NCBI GenBank assembly: GCA_963719085.1
Contig: CAVRAL010000004.1
Span: forward strand, 256,001-320,000
Direction: 5' to 3'
Length of the DNA stretch: 64,000 nucleotides
From: a candidate division FCPU426 bacterium
GTDB lineage: Bacteria; Oederibacteriota; Muellerivitia; Muellerivitales; Muellerivitaceae
Shown here: positions 1-7,379 of the stretch, in pieces
Numbering within the stretch: the stretch's first letter is position 1
Layout: the number at the start of each line of letters is the position of its first letter
Position numbers and translations under genes: made by a program
The notes under the pieces: model-generated
The model's input: only the letters and a program-made list of their open reading frames with translations
What the model was told of the DNA's origin: nothing
Databases searched by the model: none

Positions 1-750
1 TAAAGAAAGCGCCGAAGTAGAATCACCTAATCTAATTGCTTGTTCAGATACCGACACGCTCAACTTATCCGGAAGCTCAGAAAACCAATTATCATAAAAT
101 ATCTTTTGCATCGATGTTTCTTGCAAGTTATTTTTAATGCAGTTAAAAGCCATCGTCTTCTGTTTTAATTCCCATTGACGTTCTATAAATAATTTAGACT
201 TATTCTTTTTCCACCAAACAACTTTCAAATCTTTTGAATATACGAGAAAACAATTTTCCTTAGTTGCATCAATAAACCTGAGAGCCGTGGCAGTAAACGA
301 AGTATCAAAAACACTGGACAACTTTTTGATAGATGCAATTCCCGGTTCTAAAGAACGACATATGGGAAAAAATAGATTTCTTGGCATAAGTACTTCGGCA
401 GCAAAAATATTCGCTTCCGTTTCAATCGAATCTTCTTCATTAACCGCCATCATATCTTTGTCATTGCAGATACTTGAAAATTTACTATCACGGTGCATTT
501 TCCAATGACCAAGTTCATGGGCTACGGCGAAACGTTTTCTTCGAGGATCATCATTGGCGTTTATAGTAACAATTCCATTTTCGCCATTTTGAACTAACCT
601 AGCATCAGCACCTCTAATAACTCCTTCTCGAACAATCAATCCTTGGTCCATTGCGATGTCTTCGATTCTTATATCTTCTGGCGTTTCAAATGAATACCGA
701 TCAATAAACTTAGATGCTTCAATATGAGCCCGAGTTATATCAGCCTTCAT
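1..750 (-). CDS. ImmA/IrrE (CapP-like) Zn metallopeptidase, 3' end runs off the window
   Basis: Not in the ORF track; translated by hand from ATG at 750: MKADITRAHIEASKFIDRY...DPRRKRFAVAHELGHWKMH...ETEANIFAAEVLMP. This gives HExxH plus the ExEANxFA motif. Open to base 1; overlaps the stop of the 740..1192 gene. Confidence 0.9.
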   Translation of the reverse strand, partial: MKADITRAHIEASKFIDRYSFETPEDIRIEDIAMDQGLIVREGVIRGADARLVQNGENGIVTINANDDPRRKRFAVAHELGHWKMHRDSKFSSICNDKDMMAVNEEDSIETEANIFAAEVLMPRNLFFPICRSLEPGIASIKKLSSVFDTSFTATALRFIDATKENCFLVYSKDLKVVWWKKNKSKLFIERQWELKQKTMAFNCIKNNLQETSMQKIFYDNWFSELPDKLSVSVSEQAIRLGDSTSALSL

Positions 751-1192
751 TGCTTCGCATCTTTCTTTGATGAATTTCTTCTAATAGCTTTAAATCTTTA
801 AGAAGAGTAATCAAATCTTCATCGGCAAGATTTTCAAAATTTCTATAGTGCGCAGTTAGTAATTGGCGTCTGTCAGGCGAAATCGTCGAAACAAAATCGA
901 TAAGCGCTTGTTTTACATTTGAAATATTTATTTCCAGATTCGATTCATTAGAAATAAACGTACTTTCGATTTCTTTTCTTTTGGCTTTTGCGGAATCCAA
1001 TTTTATTCTCGTGCAAATAACGTCGAATTGCCTACGCGCAATTTCCAAACGCGAATCAATATTAAAACCGTCTTCAACAAGCTCTTTACGAACTTCTTTA
1101 ATTGGCATCGATATTATTTCTTCAGGTTTTAGTTGAACAAAATCAAAAATGGATTGAAGCGTTTCTGTGTAATTTCTTTTTGTGTCGCTCAT
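740..1192 (-). CDS. Hypothetical helical protein (150 aa), candidate anti-sigma or peptidase substrate
   Basis: Tightly packed between the sigma-like gene (3-bp gap) and the peptidase (overlap). GGAGAGGTG RBS upstream. Function inferred from context only. Confidence 0.7.
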   Translation of the reverse strand: MSDTKRNYTETLQSIFDFVQLKPEEIISMPIKEVRKELVEDGFNIDSRLEIARRQFDVICTRIKLDSAKAKRKEIESTFISNESNLEINISNVKQALIDFVSTISPDRRQLLTAHYRNFENLADEDLITLLKDLKLLEEIHQRKMRSNEG

Positions 1193-1195
1193 GTT

Positions 1196-1822
1196 TCACC
1201 TCTCCGTTTCATTGGCTATAACGTTCAAATAATTTTCATCAATGATTTTCTGAAGTCGGCGATCAATCTGCTTTTTAAAGGCGGCGATTTGCTTATCACT
1301 TTTGCTCATTTGGTTAGCAATTTCAGCCGGTTTCAAATCATCTAAATATAATTCCAAAAACTTTATTAAATCGGCGTCATTTTCAATCACGACAAATAGT
1401 TTTGTCAGAATATCGCCACTAATTTTTTCAATTTCTTGTCGTTGGGTGTCAGTTAGCGGATTTGAAGAAATCTGTTCGAATACGTCTTCAACCTTTGAAT
1501 GAACTTCGCCTTCTTCATCATAAAAAGGTTTTTTAATATGGTTGTTATCTTCGTCTACCTGCAAGTTCCAAACTTCGCTTTTGACCATTTTGAATAAGAC
1601 TGGCAATAAATCAGGATACTTTTCTTGATTCCAATTTCTATCTCCACTACTAACTTTTGCAAAAACGCGAACAACTATATCCTCGCCCTCTTCCCCGTTA
1701 GCGGGTATTCCACCGTACTTCCCTTGCCAAAACCTACGTCTAAGTAAACCGTTGGCATACTTGGATAGCCTGAGATACCAATCCTCGAAATTCGTTTGAA
1801 TTAGATCCATTGGATTAGGCAT
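1196..1822 (-). CDS. ECF/sigma70-like factor
   Basis: Region-2-like EEGEDIVVRVFAKV...LFKMVKSEVWN and C-terminal region-4 HTH-like LYLDDLKPAEIANQMSKSDKQIAAFKKQIDRRL. Confidence 0.7.
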   Translation of the reverse strand: MPNPMDLIQTNFEDWYLRLSKYANGLLRRRFWQGKYGGIPANGEEGEDIVVRVFAKVSSGDRNWNQEKYPDLLPVLFKMVKSEVWNLQVDEDNNHIKKPFYDEEGEVHSKVEDVFEQISSNPLTDTQRQEIEKISGDILTKLFVVIENDADLIKFLELYLDDLKPAEIANQMSKSDKQIAAFKKQIDRRLQKIIDENYLNVIANETER

Positions 1823-1874
1823 TTTTGGCCAAAGTTCCCGTTGATTTGTTCATCCCATCATCCTCTCACACTAC

Positions 1875-1959
1875 CTATATGCTAATTATTCGAACATTAT
1901 GCCGAAATAATCATTCGATTTATTTTCGGCATGTTTGGAAATTTCTTAGCAGTATATAG
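1875..1959. promoter_or_regulatory. Extended imperfect inverted repeat in the divergent promoter region
   Basis: Left arm CTATATGCTAA..TCGAACAT.ATGCCGAAATAATC; right arm GATTTATTTTCGGCATGTTTGG..TTAGCAGTATATAG. Confidence 0.6.
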
Positions 1960-2228
1960 ATAAGGGGATAAATCCCCAAAAATGGCTAAAACGATTAAAA
2001 GGAATCGCCAGTTTGAGCGAAAACATCTGAGTCGATACTGTATCGACGAATCGAACATCTCAACAAGAATATCGGCTTAAAACCTATATTTAGACTTTAT
2101 ATGTTCCCCTCCGATGACTTTCATTCTAACTTACCCGCCGCCCCTAGGCGGTTAATCATTCGGTTCCTAGATTGTTACGCCCACTCCGTGAAAACGTAGT
2201 GAAATTTCAGTTAATGGAGGTTTTGATT

Positions 2229-2342
2229 ATGAAAGTTGGAAATATTATTTTATTTGCCCTTGGAGTATTTCTTTTTGGTGCGCTTACCGGCGGAGCCTTT
2301 GTTCTCAAAACTATGCAACCTAAACAAAATCTGCTGAATTAA
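2229..2342 (+). CDS. Small single-TM membrane peptide (37 aa)
   Basis: GGAGG RBS at 2216-2220; MKVGNIILFALGVFLFGALTGGAFVLKTMQPKQNLLN; its stop overlaps the RBS of the next gene. Confidence 0.6.
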   Translation: MKVGNIILFALGVFLFGALTGGAFVLKTMQPKQNLLN

Positions 2343-2352
2343 GGATATAAAA

Positions 2353-2787
2353 ATGGGATTTTTCGAATACGATTCAGATGATATCGCCCAAACAATTGAA
2401 CAATGGCAGGCCACAGGAACAACAGAAGAAGAATGCGAAGAATCACTGGGTAAATACCTAAACCAAAAATTTGAAAAACCAGTTTTTCACAGACAGTTCA
2501 CAATTGGAAAATCAAGAGCGGACATATACGTCCGATTCCCCGGTGGTGCCTCTGTCGCAATTGAACTAAAAAGCAATTTAACAGAACGGACAGAGTTTCA
2601 ACGTTTGATCGGTCAAATGTATGAATACTTAAATGTCAGCGATGTGGAACTAGTAGTTGTACTGTGCGGGGATGGCAATCCCGCTCTCGAAAAGATGGTT
2701 CGAGACGCAGTTGCTTTTTTTAACGAACATCACGAAAAGAAAGTTCGTTACGTTAAAAAGGGCGTCACCGCCTTATCAGTTAATTAA
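2353..2787 (+). CDS. PD-(D/E)XK nuclease-like protein
   Basis: RADIYV...AIELK motif followed by GQMYEY (QxxxY). Confidence 0.65.
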   Translation: MGFFEYDSDDIAQTIEQWQATGTTEEECEESLGKYLNQKFEKPVFHRQFTIGKSRADIYVRFPGGASVAIELKSNLTERTEFQRLIGQMYEYLNVSDVELVVVLCGDGNPALEKMVRDAVAFFNEHHEKKVRYVKKGVTALSVN

Positions 2788-2794
2788 TCCCGGG

Positions 2795-2823
2795 GAGCAA
2801 AACTTTGAATAAAAGTTTTGCTC
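2795..2823. terminator. Hairpin, possible terminator or operator
   Basis: GAGCAAAACTTT-GAATA-AAAGTTTTGCTC, 12-bp stem followed by TTCTT. Confidence 0.5.
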
Positions 2824-2896
2824 TTCTTACTCACCAAAAAATCAACTTATCTAAAAATGATTTATTGATTATTTAAAAAATAAGCGAGGTTATAAA

Positions 2897-4063
2897 ATGG
2901 ATTTTTCTAGAATTGGGCGCGGAGTAATTTATTGGCCTGTTGGTAGCGGTGACTCTTCCACAATCATCGTTGACGAAAACACTATCATACAAGTGGATAT
3001 TAACAAGCGAGCTGACTCAGAAGAAGAAAATACCCTTTATACAAATATTGTTGAAAAGCTTAGAACTTCATTGCGAAAAAAGGATGCAAAGCCCTATCTC
3101 GATGTGTTCGTATTAACTCATCCAGACCAAGATCATTGTAAAGGATTCGAAGAACTTCTTAAAAATGTGACCATAGGAGAGTTATGGTTCACACCGCGAG
3201 TTTTCAAAGAATTCAAAACCGATTTATGCGATGACGCAAAAGCGTTTCACACAGAAGCAGAACGTCGAATCAAAAAAATCATCCAAGAAAATGGCAACGT
3301 CACTTCAGGTAACCGCGTTAAATTATTTGGTTATGACGAGATAATTGGTAAAGGTGGTGATTACGAAGGTTTTCCAAAAGAGCTTTTGATCATACCTGGA
3401 ACATCTTTTAACTCGGTCGATGGGGTTTATCGAACTGAAGTTGACTTTTTTGCGCATAGCCCATTCAAAGATGATATGGACGGAGAACGAAATCACACCA
3501 GCCTTTCATTTCAAACCGTACTTAAAAAAGCCAATAAAGAACTAAAATTACTTCACTTCGGCGATTTGGCACACTTGCAATTAAAAAAGATTTTTGAAAA
3601 AACGAGCGATTCAGACAATCTTGGGTGGCACGTTTTGCTTGCTCCCCACCATTGTTCAAAATCAGCTATGTATCACTCCGAAGACGCGGATAGCGAAGAA
3701 ACTCTTCAAGCCGATTTCATTACCGGAATAACTAGCACCAAAGAGAAAGTTGCTTATATTGTTTCAAGTAGTGAAATTATCCCAGCAGACAATGACAAAG
3801 GCGATAATCCACCTCATGCCAAAGCGAAAAATCGTTATGTAGAAGTTGTAAACGAAAATTTCTTTTGCACTCATGAACACCCTGATGAAAAAAATCCAGA
3901 GCCAATAATCTTCAGATTGAACGATGACGGGAACATCGTTCCACCACAGCCGACAAAAAAAGAAAAAAAGGACCAAGGAAAATCTTTGGGAGCGAGTATC
4001 TTGACCGCCAGAGGGACAACTAATCAACCTCCCAAAAACCCAAGGCAATTTGGTCATGCTTGA
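2897..4063 (+). CDS. Metallo-beta-lactamase-fold (ComEC/Rec2-like) hydrolase with a flexible C-tail ending ...RQFGHA
   Basis: VGSGDS, THPDQDH (HxDxDH), NHTS, FGD and PHHCS motifs of ComEC-type MBL domains. Confidence 0.85.
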   Translation: MDFSRIGRGVIYWPVGSGDSSTIIVDENTIIQVDINKRADSEEENTLYTNIVEKLRTSLRKKDAKPYLDVFVLTHPDQDHCKGFEELLKNVTIGELWFTPRVFKEFKTDLCDDAKAFHTEAERRIKKIIQENGNVTSGNRVKLFGYDEIIGKGGDYEGFPKELLIIPGTSFNSVDGVYRTEVDFFAHSPFKDDMDGERNHTSLSFQTVLKKANKELKLLHFGDLAHLQLKKIFEKTSDSDNLGWHVLLAPHHCSKSAMYHSEDADSEETLQADFITGITSTKEKVAYIVSSSEIIPADNDKGDNPPHAKAKNRYVEVVNENFFCTHEHPDEKNPEPIIFRLNDDGNIVPPQPTKKEKKDQGKSLGASILTARGTTNQPPKNPRQFGHA

Positions 4064-6266
4064 AAAACAACAGACAGCAGTTCAAGAACTAAGAGATATA
4101 GAATCAACATCTAATAATGGCATTGAGCTAGTAACATCGCCGCATTTCGATGTATCGACACAAACAACAGTTATGGAAATCTCTATCGATTGTTCAAGCT
4201 TTGAGATGCGCGGCAATAATCATTTGTCACTTTCTCAACGTGAACGAGTAGTGATATTTTTAGACAAGAATTATCCCTTTTCCATACCGATTGTTGCAGT
4301 TTTTCATAATAGATTCATTACTTCCGCACACGTTCAGTGGATGCGGGAATTTGAAAAATATAAGGCTGTACTACCCACAATTTGCCTATATCAATCACCA
4401 TCCAATGATTGGGAGCCAAGTGAAGGGATGTTTGGGCTTATGGATAGATTAGTAAAATGGTTTGCTCGCGGTGCCGTGGCAGAGCTTGATCTTCCCGGAG
4501 ACCCGATTCATGCTCCCCTTGCCTATTACAGTCAATCCAATCCTATTCGTATAGTTCTGAGCAAAAACGCTCCAACGGTTGGTAGAGAAAGTTGGATTGG
4601 ATATTTTAAATATAAACGCATTAAAGAAAACATTTACGAAGTCGTTGATTTCATTCAAGACACTGATATTGATGACAGTTGTGGCTTAGGTTGTGCTTTT
4701 TTATTACCTCACGAAACATTTTTTGAATTCCCCAATCAATTAGACCATTTAATAAAGCTCATAACAAACCACGGAAACATTAATCAATCCACGATTGCTT
4801 CTAATATGGCAAAAGTCCAAAATCGCATTGGAAAAAATTTTCCTTTATTTGTTATGGTAGGCTCACCGATGCGAGGAATTGCGGGCGAAGCAGAAAGAAA
4901 ACTGCATCTAGCCATCGGTGATATAAGTGCACAGGCCATAACAGACAAAACTGACTTAAACAGTATTAATTGGTGCAAATCTTACGAAAACCGTGAAGAA
5001 ATAATTATCAAAAGAGATAACTACTCAAATATCACTTCATTAAGAGATAAAAATATTTTACTTATCGGGGTTGGAGGTCTGGGAGGATATGCTGCCGAAT
5101 CAATCGTTCGTAGTGGAGCTAAAAAAATAACGGTAGTAGATTTCGGCGAAGTGCATCCAGGACTGTTATCAAGACAAAATTACACTCACGAAGATATTGG
5201 AAAACCAAAAGTCGAAGCAATCCGCGATAGAATTACCAAAGTAAATCCAAACTGCGAAGTAACAATTATCAATAACGATTTTCTGACGGTTGCCGATTCC
5301 ATTAAATTTGAAGATTTTGATTTCATCATTAATCTAAGCGCCTCAAATCCAATTAATCTATATTTTGAACAACTTTCGAAAACTAAAAGATTTCCAACTG
5401 TTGCAGTGGGACTTATAAGTGCCGATGCCAAAGTTTTGCTTGGAACAATATCCGACAAAACTTATATCGGCGGTCAAAAGCAATTACTTCGTAACTTTCA
5501 TATTCGAATGCTTTCTGATAGAGAATTAGAAGAAGTTACCAAGAAAATATGGCCTGAACCAGGCAATGAAAATAACTTTCAGCCAGAACCCGGTTGCTCT
5601 GAACCGACTTTTACCGGTTCTGCAACCGACATGCAATTCCTTTCGTCGTTTTTCATTAATCAAATTTCAGAATACTTCGGACAACAAAACACCACATCGG
5701 GCCGCTTATTTGGCATACATCAACCAACCAACGGAATTACAAAGACATGGAGTTTTTTCCCCGAATGTTATCAACAATTCGATATATCCGACAACGATGC
5801 TAAAGTTAGAATTTCATCAAAATCATTAGCACAATTAAAAAGCCATGTCGCAAAAGCACAAAAGTTACGTGGTTCATCTTGTGAAACAGGCGGCTTAATG
5901 TACGGAAGAGTTGAAAATGCTATCGATTTAATTTGGGTTGACGAATGTACCGATGCGCCAAGTAATAGTGAATTTTCCGCAAGTGGTTTTCATTGCGGGA
6001 CAAATGGAGTCGAAGAATTATCAAAAAAAATATCTAAAGCCACTAATGGAGAGAGTTGTTTCATTGGATATTGGCATACACATCCTAACGGGCCAACAAA
6101 GCCCAGTTTTACAGATTTACTTGCGGCATTTGAAACAGTTTCGACTTCCGGAGAAAATCTAAGACAAGTATTATTCATGATTATTAATCCGGACAATTTT
6201 TCATTTGATTTTTATTTCTTCGATCACGTTAACGGTCAATTAAGGATAGTCATTGTCAGAGAATAA
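4056..6266 (+). CDS. E2-E1(ThiF)-JAB fusion (Cap2/Cap3-like ubiquitin-like conjugation and deconjugation protein)
   Basis: N-terminal E2-like YPFSIP...AHVQ...TICLY. E1: LLIGVGGLGG...DFGEVHPGLLSRQ and EPGCSEPTF. JAB: ETGG...GYWHTHP...PSFTD. ATG at 4056 overlaps the MBL stop. Confidence 0.88.
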   Translation: MLEKQQTAVQELRDIESTSNNGIELVTSPHFDVSTQTTVMEISIDCSSFEMRGNNHLSLSQRERVVIFLDKNYPFSIPIVAVFHNRFITSAHVQWMREFEKYKAVLPTICLYQSPSNDWEPSEGMFGLMDRLVKWFARGAVAELDLPGDPIHAPLAYYSQSNPIRIVLSKNAPTVGRESWIGYFKYKRIKENIYEVVDFIQDTDIDDSCGLGCAFLLPHETFFEFPNQLDHLIKLITNHGNINQSTIASNMAKVQNRIGKNFPLFVMVGSPMRGIAGEAERKLHLAIGDISAQAITDKTDLNSINWCKSYENREEIIIKRDNYSNITSLRDKNILLIGVGGLGGYAAESIVRSGAKKITVVDFGEVHPGLLSRQNYTHEDIGKPKVEAIRDRITKVNPNCEVTIINNDFLTVADSIKFEDFDFIINLSASNPINLYFEQLSKTKRFPTVAVGLISADAKVLLGTISDKTYIGGQKQLLRNFHIRMLSDRELEEVTKKIWPEPGNENNFQPEPGCSEPTFTGSATDMQFLSSFFINQISEYFGQQNTTSGRLFGIHQPTNGITKTWSFFPECYQQFDISDNDAKVRISSKSLAQLKSHVAKAQKLRGSSCETGGLMYGRVENAIDLIWVDECTDAPSNSEFSASGFHCGTNGVEELSKKISKATNGESCFIGYWHTHPNGPTKPSFTDLLAAFETVSTSGENLRQVLFMIINPDNFSFDFYFFDHVNGQLRIVIVRE

Positions 6267-7365
6267 AAGAATCGGACTATGTCTTTCCGGTGGCGGCTTT
6301 CGAGCGGTTGCTTTTCATTTGGGGTGCCTCCAAGGCCTTAATAACCTTGGATTGCTTAAACACATTCGATCAATATCCTGTGTTTCTGGCGGCTCAATCA
6401 TAGGCACGCTCTACACTCTGTACGGTCAAACAGACTTTTCAGAATTTGAAAAAAGAACCAAAAGAATGTTACAAACTAGGCTTGATCTTAAAATTGCCTA
6501 TAAACATATTTCTTCAGGGCGATTCTTATTCGATCTTTGTCAGTTGGGCACGTGTCTTCCAATACGATTTATTTCTCAAAAACTAAACTTCAATTTTGAA
6601 TTTCAAAGAAAATATAGTCTGACCGAATCACTCGTTAAGATATTTGATAAAGAATTTGATAAAAAACTTCTATCAAATCTTCAAAACTCTCCCATTGAAC
6701 TTATTATTAACGGGATTGAATTAAGAACATTTAGTGCAATTCGTTTCGGAGCTAAAAAAGCTGTTTGTTGGAGATTCGGCGAGATCGACCCTTCTCTAAT
6801 TTCGTTGGGAGAAGCCGTTGCTGTTAGTGCGGCTTATCCCCTGCTTTTACCTGCCTTAGAGCGAAAATACAGTTTTTCAAAAAAGGGAATAACCTACAAG
6901 GAAACTGTTTCTTTATCTGATGGCGGAACATATGACAATCTTGGACTCACACCATTTATAAGCACAAATGACTTCGCAGATAGTTATCCCCGACCCGAAT
7001 TAGACTACATTATTGCATGCGACGCCGCTCACGGACAGCTTCATCCACAAACATTGCCACACACACCCATTTCAAGATTACACGCCGCATTCAAATCGTT
7101 GATGAGTCGTTCTAGGCACTCTAACTTTAAAACTCTTCATAAGCTTAAAGAAGATGGTGACATAAAAGGTTTTTCATTAGCTTATTTAGGTCAACAAGAT
7201 GAAAGAATCCCAATTCCACCTATCGATTTAGTTCAGAAAAATCGTGTGGACTCATATCCAACAGATTTTAAAAAAATGAGTGACGACAATTTTGAAGTTC
7301 TAACTAAACGCGGCAGACAACTCACCGAATCTTTAACTACGCACTATTTACCAGAATTATTTTGA
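6253..7365 (+). CDS. Patatin-like phospholipase
   Basis: LSGGGFRA oxyanion motif, CVSGGS nucleophile, DGG motif. Overlaps the upstream gene; AAGGA RBS. Confidence 0.88.
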   Translation: MSENKRIGLCLSGGGFRAVAFHLGCLQGLNNLGLLKHIRSISCVSGGSIIGTLYTLYGQTDFSEFEKRTKRMLQTRLDLKIAYKHISSGRFLFDLCQLGTCLPIRFISQKLNFNFEFQRKYSLTESLVKIFDKEFDKKLLSNLQNSPIELIINGIELRTFSAIRFGAKKAVCWRFGEIDPSLISLGEAVAVSAAYPLLLPALERKYSFSKKGITYKETVSLSDGGTYDNLGLTPFISTNDFADSYPRPELDYIIACDAAHGQLHPQTLPHTPISRLHAAFKSLMSRSRHSNFKTLHKLKEDGDIKGFSLAYLGQQDERIPIPPIDLVQKNRVDSYPTDFKKMSDDNFEVLTKRGRQLTESLTTHYLPELF

Positions 7366-7379
7366 ACAATAAAAAATTG

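Noticed and set aside
287..508. 73-aa plus-strand ORF
   Set aside because: Antisense to the IrrE/ImmA peptidase, which has clear motifs.
2353..7365. Canonical CBASS or Pycsar call
   Set aside because: No CD-NTase (GS..DxD) or class III cyclase motif seen in any gene of the operon.
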